A stretch of DNA of 63,507 nucleotides from Candidatus Omnitrophota bacterium (lineage in GTDB: Bacteria > Omnitrophota > Gorgyraeia > JAHIPI01): positions 1-63,507 of the forward strand of contig JAZDNG010000039.1 of the NCBI GenBank assembly GCA_043800065.1. Reading direction: 5' to 3'. The position numbers and the translations under genes are program-made. Below the pieces are notes generated by a model, which saw only the letters and a list, made by a program, of their open reading frames with translations, was not told the DNA's origin and did not search any database. Shown piece by piece: positions 45,551 through 55,400 of this stretch. How positions within the stretch are numbered: the first letter of the stretch is position 1; every line of letters begins with the position of its first letter.

Positions 45551-47929
45551 ATGATAAATAAAAGGGCCGGACTCATAGCGTGTTTTTTATTGATTTCTTT
45601 AATCTTATTTCTTGGCACATATACATTTTCCGAAGACGGGGATGATCCGCCTCAGGATAGTATGTCGGAGGTCGAGACCTTGGAGGAGATGCTTAAAGAT
45701 GACACCATACCGCCCGAAATGAGACAGGAGATAGAAAGGATTATTAAAGATGGGCCCCCTGAGGAGGCGGCCGGGGATACGGACCTATTTTCTGACGAAA
45801 TAATGCTGCCTGCCGAAGATGTAGAATCGGATATGTCCGAAGAAGACTTGTCCGCTCAGGATGAACCTCTCCGCAGTGTAGGCACAGTACCAATCCCTGC
45901 GTCAAAAGCGCCTAAGCAAGAAGTCTCTTCATTGGCAAAGAACAAGATATCTCTGGACCTAAAAGGGGTCGATATAATAGATGTTCTTAAGATGCTTTCG
46001 GCAAGGAGCAATTTGAATATTGTCGCCGGTAAAAACGTAAGAGGCAAGGTTACGCTGTTTCTGAAAGATGTGGATATATGGGATGCCTTTGAAATAATAC
46101 TCGCATCCAATGACCTCGCGTACGAAAAGCGCGAAGATATAATCAATGTGATGACTGAAAGAGATTATGAACAGTTATACGGCGAAAGGTATTCCGATAA
46201 GAAAAAAGTAAAGATTTTCAGGCTTGAATACGCGAAAGTGGCAGACGTAGCGAAGGCGCTTAATCAGACAAAGTCGAAGATAGGAAAAATAGTGGTGGAT
46301 GAGCCTTCCAATACGATCGTGATTATAGATGCCCCCCAGCCCATCAAACAGATGGAAAAGATAATAGCGAAGATGGATATGCCGACAGAGACTAAGATAT
46401 TCAGCCTAAATTATGCCAAGGCAGAAGACATCAAGACAAAGATAACCGATATTCTGACAAAAGGCGTAGGCGCGATACAGGTCGATGAAAGGACAAATAA
46501 AATAGTAGTGACCGACCTGGTAATAAAGATGCCGGATATAGTAAATGTTATCGCCGCCATGGACGAAAAGCACAAGGTAGTTCTTATAGAGGCAAAGATA
46601 ATCGAAATAGAACTGACCGACGAGTTTAGGTACGGCGTTGATTGGGGCAGATTCTTCAAAAATATCGCTAATACAAGTTTAGATTTTAATTTCGCGGACT
46701 TAGGGGATGTGTCGACCGGCCTAGTTACGGGAAGTTCTATCACGATTGGAAAATTAGCGCACGCGTCGTTAGACGGTGCAATTAGAGCACTGACTACAGT
46801 CGGGAAGACCAATGTCATATCAAGCCCAAGGATTACAGTGCTGAATAACGAAGAGGCGAAGGTATTGATAGGAACAAACCAGCCTTATGTGACATCGACT
46901 ACGACAGTTCCGTCTGCCGGGAGCCCCGTAACATCCGAATCGGTTACTTATATAGATGTAGGTATAACCTTAAGAGTTACGCCGACAATAAATAATGACG
47001 GATTTGTCACTATGAAGATAAAACCGGAAATCAGTTCGCTGGGTACGCCCATCGAGACTGCTCATGCAGCAGGCGCTACAGGCAATCAAATACCGGTAGT
47101 CTCTAAATCGGAAACCGATACTACGGTAATGGTGAAGGATGGCACGACCATACTTATAGCGGGCCTGATACAAGACAGGGACATAGAGACTATAGATAAA
47201 GTTCCCATACTTGGCGATATTCCAATTATAGGATATGCCTTCAAAAGCCAGAGCAAAGGTTCCACCAGCAGTACTTCAAACCAGCCGGAAAAGAAAGAGA
47301 TCGTAATTTTTCTGACGCCTTACATCATGGATGGTACCGAATCCTTCCCTGAAGCAGCTAATACCTTCTACGGCGATAGAGTGACGCAGCGCAAGCTCAT
47401 GGAAGAGCAGATTACTCATGCGGTTGAGGGCATTAAACGCCAACAACTCGTAGGAGACATGCCGGAGGAAAAGAAAATAGATACCAATACCCATATCTCT
47501 AAAGACTTAAACTGGTTCGGGAAAAGGGGCGAAGGGATAGGAGTTGAGGAGAAACCGAAAAAAGAGCCGGCTTTCAAGCAAAAAGAAGAGGGCAAAAAGG
47601 GAGATACGGTCATACCGCCTACCAATCTCATTATGCCCATGATGGGCGGCTACTACAGTTATTACGAAAATTTGAGGAATAAGATATTCTGGATGGCAAA
47701 GGATAATTATCCCGAAGTCCCCGAAAAAGGGGAGAAAGACGTCAGGTTATTATTTACCTTGACGGATAACGGTAAATTGAAGGGCGAGCCGCAGGTCCTG
47801 AATGAAGTGGATGCGAAACTGGCCGCGGCCGCAAAAGAAGCGGTGAAAAACGCTTCTCCGTTTCCGCCGTTTCCAAGGACAATGGAAAAGCGAGAGGCGG
47901 CATTCAGGGTTACGATCAGTTACGAATAA
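45551..47929 (+). CDS. gspD: Secretin GspD/PilQ-family outer-membrane channel with C-terminal TonB-C-like domain
   Basis: Start trimmed to MINKRAGLIACFLL (signal peptide). N0-like ISLDLKGVDIIDVLKMLS. Secretin core VISSPRITVLNNEEAKVLIG...VPILGDIPIIGYAFK. The last 96 aa resemble TonB_C. Confidence 0.85.
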   Translation: MINKRAGLIACFLLISLILFLGTYTFSEDGDDPPQDSMSEVETLEEMLKDDTIPPEMRQEIERIIKDGPPEEAAGDTDLFSDEIMLPAEDVESDMSEEDLSAQDEPLRSVGTVPIPASKAPKQEVSSLAKNKISLDLKGVDIIDVLKMLSARSNLNIVAGKNVRGKVTLFLKDVDIWDAFEIILASNDLAYEKREDIINVMTERDYEQLYGERYSDKKKVKIFRLEYAKVADVAKALNQTKSKIGKIVVDEPSNTIVIIDAPQPIKQMEKIIAKMDMPTETKIFSLNYAKAEDIKTKITDILTKGVGAIQVDERTNKIVVTDLVIKMPDIVNVIAAMDEKHKVVLIEAKIIEIELTDEFRYGVDWGRFFKNIANTSLDFNFADLGDVSTGLVTGSSITIGKLAHASLDGAIRALTTVGKTNVISSPRITVLNNEEAKVLIGTNQPYVTSTTTVPSAGSPVTSESVTYIDVGITLRVTPTINNDGFVTMKIKPEISSLGTPIETAHAAGATGNQIPVVSKSETDTTVMVKDGTTILIAGLIQDRDIETIDKVPILGDIPIIGYAFKSQSKGSTSSTSNQPEKKEIVIFLTPYIMDGTESFPEAANTFYGDRVTQRKLMEEQITHAVEGIKRQQLVGDMPEEKKIDTNTHISKDLNWFGKRGEGIGVEEKPKKEPAFKQKEEGKKGDTVIPPTNLIMPMMGGYYSYYENLRNKIFWMAKDNYPEVPEKGEKDVRLLFTLTDNGKLKGEPQVLNEVDAKLAAAAKEAVKNASPFPPFPRTMEKREAAFRVTISYE

Positions 47930-48018
47930 GAATAAACCCGTTCGGCTGCGCTCAGGGTTTATGATGAGGGGCGCAATATTGCTTTTATCACAAATTGCGC
48001 CATCGAACCATAAAACCG

Positions 48019-48047
48019 TTGACATTGCCTAAATGCTAGGATAAAAT
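48019..48047 (+). promoter_or_regulatory. Candidate sigma70 promoter for the acyl-CoA dehydrogenase/ETF cluster
   Basis: TTGACA, 17-nt spacer, TAAAAT. Confidence 0.5.
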
Positions 48048-48085
48048 ATTTTTTTCGCAAACAGCACAAAAATACCGGAGGAGAT

Positions 48086-49246
48086 ATGGTAGATTACCTG
48101 TTGAATGAAAATCAGATTATGATACGGGATCTTGCGCGCCAGATCGCGGAGGAGAAGATACGTCCCGTAGCCGCCCATTATGATGAGACAGAAGAATTCG
48201 CCTGGCCTATCGTCAAAGTGCTGGCCGAAAGCGATATGTGCGGTATATATATTCCTGAGGAGTACGGAGGTACGGGCGGCGGAGTAATGGAATTGTGCGT
48301 AGCGACAGAAGAGCTGTCGAAGGCATGCGGCGGTATCGCGCTCGCGTTCGCGGCAACCGCGCTCGGGACATATCCTATAATACTTTACGGAAATGACGAA
48401 CAGAAGAAAAAATATCTACCTGATATAGCAAAAGGTAAAAAGCTGGCGGCATTCGCCATTACCGAAGCAGAGGCGGGTTCGGACGCCGGCAGCATAAAGA
48501 CTACTGCAAAGAAAGACGGCGATCATTATATATTGAACGGGACGAAACAATGGATAACGAACGCCGGAGAGGCAGAGACCTACACGGTTATAGCCATGAC
48601 GGATAAGACGAAAGGCGCGCGCGGCGCAAGCGCGATTATAGTCGAAAAGGATACGCCCGGATTTACTTTCGGAAAGAAAGAGAAGAAGATGGGGATACGC
48701 GCCTCCGCCACAAGAGAACTCATCTTTCAGGACTGCAAGGTGCCTAAAGAGAATATCCTTGCGAGAGAAGGCATGGGCTTCATAGTCGCGATGAAGACAT
48801 TCGATAATTCCCGGCCCGGGGTCGCGGCGCAGGCAGTAGGCATAGCGCAGGGCGCTTTTGACCTTACGCTAAAATATGTGCATGAAAGACAGCAATTCGG
48901 GCAATCCATCAGCAGTTTTCAAGGCGTTCAGTTTATGCTGGCCGACATGGCCACGCAAATAGAAGCAGCGAGGGCGCTGGTACTTTCCTCGGCAAGGATG
49001 ATAGACTCAGGCGCTAAAGACGTTGCCACGGCTTCTGCTATGGCAAAGATGTACGCGAGCGACGTCGCGATGAAAGTTACTACCGATTGTGTGCAGTTAT
49101 ACGGCGGTTACGGCTATATGAGGGATTATCCCGTAGAAAAATATATGCGCGACGCAAAGATAACCCAGATATACGAAGGTACAAACCAGATACAGCGCAG
49201 CGTTATCGCTAATGCGCTGATAAAAGGATTGGTTAAGAAGCGATAG
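48086..49246 (+). CDS. Short-chain (butyryl-CoA type) acyl-CoA dehydrogenase
   Basis: FAITEAEAGSDAGS, KQWITNAG, QLYGGYGYMRDYPVEKYMRDAKITQIYEGTNQIQR with the catalytic Glu context. Confidence 0.9.
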   Translation: MVDYLLNENQIMIRDLARQIAEEKIRPVAAHYDETEEFAWPIVKVLAESDMCGIYIPEEYGGTGGGVMELCVATEELSKACGGIALAFAATALGTYPIILYGNDEQKKKYLPDIAKGKKLAAFAITEAEAGSDAGSIKTTAKKDGDHYILNGTKQWITNAGEAETYTVIAMTDKTKGARGASAIIVEKDTPGFTFGKKEKKMGIRASATRELIFQDCKVPKENILAREGMGFIVAMKTFDNSRPGVAAQAVGIAQGAFDLTLKYVHERQQFGQSISSFQGVQFMLADMATQIEAARALVLSSARMIDSGAKDVATASAMAKMYASDVAMKVTTDCVQLYGGYGYMRDYPVEKYMRDAKITQIYEGTNQIQRSVIANALIKGLVKKR

Positions 49247-49254
49247 GCGATGGC

Positions 49255-50037
49255 ATGAATATAATTGTTTGCATAAAACAGGTACCGGATACCACCGACG
49301 TAAAAATAGATCCCGCTACCAATACTCTTATACGCGAAGGCGTGGCTTCTATCATAAATCCTTTCGATACTTATGCCATAGAAGAAGCCGTCAGGCTTAA
49401 AGAGAAATTCGGCGGGAAGGTCATAGTTCTTACTATGGGGCCGCCGCAGGCCCAGCAGGCGCTTCGCGAGGCGATTTCACTAGGCGCCGACGAAGCCATA
49501 CTTCTTTCCGATAGGGCCTTTGCCGGCAGCGATACCCTTGCTACGAGCTATGCCCTTGCCAGCGGTATCAAAAAGATAGGCAGTTTTGATATAATACTCT
49601 GCGGCAAGCAGGCATCCGATGGTGACACGGCGCAGGTGGGGACCGGCATATCCACTCATCTCGATATACCGCAAGTTACCTATGTAAAAAAGATAGAAGA
49701 GATAACGAACGGCAAGGCCAGAGTCGAGCGGATGGTCGAGGAAGGTTATGAGATAATAGAAATACCGCTACCCTGCCTCATGACCGTGGTAAAAGAGATA
49801 AATGAACCGCGGCTTCCCTCACTGAAGGGCAAGATGAAGGCCAATAAGGCAGAGATAACCACATGGACATCTCAAGATCTGGGGCTCGAGCCTTCACGGG
49901 TGGGATTAAACGGCTCACCGACAAAGGTCGTTAAGATATTTACGCCTCCGGCGCGCGCAGGGGGGCAGATGTTGGATGGCGAGCCGAACGAAGTAGCAAA
50001 TAAATTGGTAGAATTGCTAAAAAATGATGTGATATAA
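49255..50037 (+). CDS. etfB: Electron transfer flavoprotein beta subunit
   Basis: MNIIVCIKQVPDT, INPFDTYAIEEAVRLKE, ILCGKQASDGDTAQVG. Confidence 0.92.
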   Translation: MNIIVCIKQVPDTTDVKIDPATNTLIREGVASIINPFDTYAIEEAVRLKEKFGGKVIVLTMGPPQAQQALREAISLGADEAILLSDRAFAGSDTLATSYALASGIKKIGSFDIILCGKQASDGDTAQVGTGISTHLDIPQVTYVKKIEEITNGKARVERMVEEGYEIIEIPLPCLMTVVKEINEPRLPSLKGKMKANKAEITTWTSQDLGLEPSRVGLNGSPTKVVKIFTPPARAGGQMLDGEPNEVANKLVELLKNDVI

Positions 50038-50050
50038 GAGATCTTTCTAA

Positions 50051-50977
50051 ATGAATTCACGCGACAGGATGAAGAAAACCCTGAGTTTTGAAGTGCCGGA
50101 CACGCTCGGCATTGCGGATGATTTTACCGAAGCCACGATAAAAAAGTGGCGTGATCGCGGCAAACTGCCAAAGGATGCTAAGGCGGAAGAATATTTCGGT
50201 TTTGACATACGCCTTTTCGGTTTCAACCAGGATTTTGACCCTGCTGCCAAGAATAAGATAACGACGGAACGCTTTGCGAGGCCGAGCACGGGCGAGGCCC
50301 TGGCAGATACTTATGCGGAGGCCGAATCCGGCGAGAGATTTCTGGCACTATCCTGCGTTGAGCCGTTTGAGCATATATCCGGCATACTTGGAAGGGAAAA
50401 AGTGCTGACCATGATGGCGGAAGATGCCGGTAAGGCCTCCGGTGTGTTTGCAAAATCCGCCGAGTTCACACTTAAGCTATGTCAGCTGGTGCTGGATAGG
50501 GGCTACAAATTTGACGGCGCATGGCTGTGGGGGGACATGGGGTGTAAAGCAGGCCTTATTTTTTCTACGGATTATTATAATGCTTTTCTCTTTGATTTGC
50601 ATAAGGAGTTCTGCGATTTTTTCGCCAAAAAGAACCTGCCCGTAATTTTTCATTCTGACGGAAACATAGGCAAACTTATACCCCGCCTCATAGAAGCGGG
50701 CGTGCGGGCGTTGGAGCCGCTTGAAAGCGATGTAGATATGGATATCTTCCGGCTTAAAACTGAATATGGCAGGGATTTGGTTCTTTTTGGCGGCATAGAT
50801 GAAAAGGCTTTTATCAGCGCGGATAACGTGGAAGACGAAATCAGGACTAAATTGAACGGCCTTATGAAAGGCGGCGGATATATATACCACGCCGATAGCC
50901 CCATTACGGAAGATATAAGTTTTGAGAATTATAAGAAAGCGCTGGAATTAGTTAGAAAGTACGGCAGTTATGTTTAG
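50051..50977 (+). CDS. Uroporphyrinogen-decarboxylase-fold (URO-D/MtaA-like) protein
   Basis: MNSRDRMKKTLSFEVPD N-terminus and WLWGDMGCKAGLIFS...PVIFHSDGNIGKLIPRLIEAGVRALEPLE, typical of the URO-D family TIM barrel. Confidence 0.6.
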   Translation: MNSRDRMKKTLSFEVPDTLGIADDFTEATIKKWRDRGKLPKDAKAEEYFGFDIRLFGFNQDFDPAAKNKITTERFARPSTGEALADTYAEAESGERFLALSCVEPFEHISGILGREKVLTMMAEDAGKASGVFAKSAEFTLKLCQLVLDRGYKFDGAWLWGDMGCKAGLIFSTDYYNAFLFDLHKEFCDFFAKKNLPVIFHSDGNIGKLIPRLIEAGVRALEPLESDVDMDIFRLKTEYGRDLVLFGGIDEKAFISADNVEDEIRTKLNGLMKGGGYIYHADSPITEDISFENYKKALELVRKYGSYV

Positions 50978-51058
50978 AAATACACAACAAGCGATTGTGA
51001 TGGCCCAAAAGACTAAAGATTGCGGTAAAGACGAGAGGGGGACATTTTCCGACATGTA

Positions 51059-51084
51059 GTAGCCGACACTTAAGTGTCGGCTAC
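51059..51084. repeat. GTAG...CTAC 26-nt perfect palindrome (REP-like, copy e) nested inside a GGGGACATTTTCC / GGAAAGTGTCCCC outer stem
   Basis: GTAGCCGACACTTAAGTGTCGGCTAC. The outer 13-bp stem (51038-51050 with 51091-51103) resembles the GGGGACGTTTC terminal repeats. Confidence 0.7.
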
Positions 51085-51115
51085 GGTAAAGGAAAGTGTC
51101 CCCGACAAAGGAAAG

Positions 51116-52429
51116 ATGCCAATAAGAGTAATACTAGACAAATGCACCGGTTGTAAACTCTGCGTAAGGGCGTGTCTGTTTGGCGCTATAGAGATAAAAC
51201 CCGTTAGAGAACTATGCTCTCCAACAGTCGACGTCGACGACAGCATTTCCGTCAAAGGAGGAGCCCATTCGGGGAAAAAACCGTCGTCGACTTTCTCTAA
51301 CGGGTTAAAAGAAAAAAAGGCCATAATAGATCTCAATAAATGTAATCTCTGCGGCGCCTGCGTCGATCCGTGCAAATTTAAGGCGATAGAATTAAAAAAA
51401 GACACCGCCCAAGTCCGGCCGGTATCCGGCAAGCCGAGTAAGGATGTGTGGGTATTCTGCGAGCAGAAGAAGAGCGTTATACAAACTGTCTCGTGGGAGC
51501 TCCTGGGGAAGGGGAGAGAGCTGGCGGATAAGTTAGGGATGAAATTATGCGGCGTACTTTTAGGGAATAATATAAAAGATAAAGCCGGTGAGATCTTCGA
51601 AAGAGGCGCGGACAAGGTTTACCTGGTAGATTCCCCGAAACTGGGCGCCTATCAGGACGAACCGTATACGGAAGCGATCGTCAAATTAATAGAAAAATAT
51701 TCCCCTGAAATACTTTTATGCGGCGCGACGACGATGGGAAGAAGCCTCATATCAAGAATAGCCGTAAGGATAGGCACCGGACTTACTGCGGATTGTACGG
51801 GGCTTGATATAGACCCCAAAGATAAGCTTCTTTTGCAAACGAGGCCTGCTTTCGGCGGAAATATAATGGCGACCATCATTACCCCCCACCACAAGCCGCA
51901 GATGGCGACCGTGCGGCATAAGGTGATGAAAGAAGCCCAGGCCGCAGCGGGAAAAAAAGGCGAGTTGATAGAAGAGAAGATAGACGATTCGCTTTTATCA
52001 TCAAAGACAAAACTGCTGGATATCGTGGAAGAGATAGAGTCTACGGTCAACCTCTCGGAAGCCGACATAATAGTTTCCGGCGGCCGCGGAATAGGGGCCC
52101 CGGAGAATTTTAAAATTATAAAAGAGTTGGCATTGACGATAGGAGGAGCGGTAGGTGCCTCGCGCGCAGCCGTTGACTCCGGCTGGATACCGTACTCTCA
52201 CCAGGTAGGGCAGACCGGAAAGACCGTATGCCCGAAAATTTATATTGCCTGCGGAATAAGCGGCCAAATACAACATTTGATAGGTATGCAATCAGCAAAA
52301 ATAATCATAGCTATAAACAAGGACCCCGACGCGCCCATTTTTAAAATCGCCACTTACGGCATTTGCGACGATATCTTTAAGGTCGTCCCGGAGCTCACGA
52401 AGGCATTTAAAAAAATCACAGGAAAATAA
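51116..52429 (+). CDS. etfA: Electron transfer flavoprotein alpha subunit with N-terminal 2x[4Fe-4S] ferredoxin domain
   Basis: Start trimmed to MPIRVILDKCTGCKLCVRAC. Second cluster motif CNLCGACVDPC. ETF-alpha core IVSGGRGIG and PKIYIACGISGQIQH. Confidence 0.85.
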   Translation: MPIRVILDKCTGCKLCVRACLFGAIEIKPVRELCSPTVDVDDSISVKGGAHSGKKPSSTFSNGLKEKKAIIDLNKCNLCGACVDPCKFKAIELKKDTAQVRPVSGKPSKDVWVFCEQKKSVIQTVSWELLGKGRELADKLGMKLCGVLLGNNIKDKAGEIFERGADKVYLVDSPKLGAYQDEPYTEAIVKLIEKYSPEILLCGATTMGRSLISRIAVRIGTGLTADCTGLDIDPKDKLLLQTRPAFGGNIMATIITPHHKPQMATVRHKVMKEAQAAAGKKGELIEEKIDDSLLSSKTKLLDIVEEIESTVNLSEADIIVSGGRGIGAPENFKIIKELALTIGGAVGASRAAVDSGWIPYSHQVGQTGKTVCPKIYIACGISGQIQHLIGMQSAKIIIAINKDPDAPIFKIATYGICDDIFKVVPELTKAFKKITGK

Positions 52430-52473
52430 CCCGTCTTGACTTTTACGTCGGGATGGTATATATTAGTTATGTC

Positions 52474-55400
52474 ATGTATTTTAAAAAATTAGAAATAGTA
52501 GGATTTAAATCTTTTGCCGAAAAGACGAAGCTTTATTTCGAGCCCGGCATAACTACGGTAGTAGGCCCGAACGGCTGCGGCAAAAGCAATATTATTGACG
52601 CCATAAAATGGGTATTAGGCGAGCAGTCCGTCAAGTCTTTGCGCGGTTCCACAATGGAAGATGTCATATTTAACGGGACCGACGACAGAGAGCCGATAAA
52701 TATGGCCGAGGTCTCGCTTACCTTATCAAATAAAGATAGAAACCTTTCGATCGATGTCGATGAAGTCGTAGTATCCCGCCGATTATTCCGCTCAGGAGAG
52801 AGTGAATATCTTATAAACAAGGCCCCCGTCCGGCTCAAGGACGTCAACGAACTATTTATGGGTACGGGCATAGGGGCCGAGGCATATTCCATCATAGAGC
52901 AGGGCAAGATAGACCTCATAATAAGCAGCCGTCCCGAGGACAGGCGTTTTATTTTTGAAGAGGCCAGCGGGATAACCAAGTACAAATCCAAGAGAAGGGA
53001 AGCGATAAGAAAGCTGGAAGATACCGACAATAACCTTCTCAGGGTAAATGATATAGTTACAGAGGTAAAGCGCCAGATAGATTCAATAACGAGGCAGGCG
53101 AGGAAAGCGGAGCGCTATAAAGAGCGTTTTGACCGCCTTAAGGACCTGGAATCTAAAACGGCATTTTATGAATATGAGATCCTTAAGCGCGAAAGAGAAG
53201 AAAAGGAATCCGAGGCATCCGAAATAAAAGATGAGATCACCAGGATATCCCGCGACATAGAAGACCTCTCATCAAATCTTGATTCGGAAAGGATATCCTT
53301 TGCCGGTATAGACGCGAAGTTTGCCCAACTGCAGAATTCCAAATTCTCCAAGGAGTCGTTAATAGAGCAGAATAAGAATAGGATAATCGTAGACAAAGAG
53401 CGGATTGCCGAGCTCTCGGCAAGGATCGAAAGCCTAAAAGCCGAAATAATTTCTATAGAATCGAGGCACCTCTCTGCACAAAAACTTATAGAAGCGCTTG
53501 AAAACGAATTTGCCGTAATTTCCGATTCCGAAGGCGCAAAAGTGCGTGTTTTGGAGGATGAAGAAAAGCGGCTTTTGGAGATGGAAGCGGAAATAAGGAC
53601 GAGTGAAAAGAATGTGATAGATGGCCGTAAAAACCTCGTCAACTATATGGCAGAGCGGTCAAAATCCAAAAATGAGATTATAAAACTTACGAGCGATATA
53701 CAGAATAGATCTGTGCGTTTAAGGCGTCTTAGCATGGAAGCGGAAAAGGTGGATGAGGAGACAAGGGCCGCAAAAGAGAAGCTGGCGGAGGCCGATAGGG
53801 ACTTTAAGGATACGGAAAACCGGCTTAACAATATCCGCGCGGAAAAAGATAGGATACTTGGCGAAAAAGAAGCGCTTCTTACGTCTGTCAAGGCCTCGGA
53901 AGATGAGCTGCAGAAAGAACGGGACGCGCTTATTACGCTTGAATCCAAAAAATCTTTTTTGGAAGATCTCATAAAGAAACATGAAGGATTTATAGGCGGC
54001 ACAAAAGCGCTTTTAGAATCGCTTGATAAGGGCGATTTAAAGATAGAAGGCATAGAGGGCGTTTTGGGCAATATGGTCGAGGCAAAGAGAGGGTTTGAAA
54101 GGGCAGCCGAGGCAGCGCTCGGCGATTATATCCAGTGTGTAGTGGCAAAAGACAGAGAGAGCGCTTTAAAGGCGGCCGAATACCTGGAGACGACTAAAAA
54201 AGGACGCGCAACTTTCATAGTATCCAATGAGATAACAGATTCGAACGAGGCCGCGGCATCTCATCTTTTAAAAGACGATATCGTAGGCAGGTTAAGCGAC
54301 TTTATTACAGCTAAAGACAGCCTTAAAAAGGTAGTGGCAGGGCTTCTCGGCAATACTTATCTTGTTGAAAGTGTAGACAAGGCCGAAAAGATACTACATT
54401 ATATTTCCCCGGATTCCTCAGCTAACGTAAGGCTGGTGACCAAAAAGGGCGAGGTTCTAGCGCGAGGTTTTATAGCGGGGGGGTCGGGAGCATTCGGAGA
54501 GGACGAGGGTATTATCGGCAGAGAATTGCGCCTGAAAGAGGCCTCCTTCGCCATAGAATCTACGAGGGATATTATCGGCAAAATGGAAGCGGCGAAAGGG
54601 GATTTAAGCGCAAAACTTTTAAGCCTTGAAGAAAAGATCGTCTCCTTGGAAAGTATCCTCAGGGAAGAAGAGACGGAATATCACAGTAAAAAGAGCCGCC
54701 TATTATCGGTCGGAGAAGAGGATGAGAGGCTCTCCGAAGAATTATCGCTCCTTAATCTCGAAAGGGGAGAAATACAGGACGAAGTGAACGACATTTCCTC
54801 CAAGAAGAATGACCTGGAAAAGTGCTTGGTGGAGATCGAGACGGAGGAGAATAATACCCATAATCTTCTTGTCAATTCCGAAGAGGCAATAAAAAATATT
54901 TCCAGAGAGCGTGAAGAGATAGTAATACTGATAACAAAGGTCAAAACAGAGATTCAGGCTATTTCCAAAGAAAAGGCCACGCTTTCACAGAACATAGAAG
55001 CCCAAAGAGAGTCCTTTAATACTTACAGTCTGTCTCTCGCGCAGAAAAAAGACGAGATAGAGTCTTCCATGAGACGGGCGGATGAGCTTTCTTCGGAGAT
55101 AGAAGAGCTGGGAGCGGAGATAGTCGAACTATCTAACGAAATAAGGACAATAACCGAAGAGATCGCGCGAATAAGTGCCAACAAAGAGAAAAATTCTTCG
55201 GCTATAGAAATGATAGAAAAGCGCCTGGCCGAGCTATACAAGTTGTCAAACGAAGATAAAGATAAAGACCACAACTTGAATATGAAAAGTTCCGAGATAT
55301 CTTTTAAGGCAGAGACGCTTAGGAATAGAATGGCCCAACTTTACAAGGTCGATATAGACCATGATAAGGTGGAATACGACCCGTCTTCGGACTGGGAATC

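Noticed and set aside
50051-50977. Calling the URO-D-fold gene hemE (heme biosynthesis)
   Set aside because: Its context is between etfB and etfA. It is also shorter (308 aa), and its N-terminus resembles the MtaA/uncharacterized URO-D clades rather than bona fide HemE. Kept as a fold-level call only.
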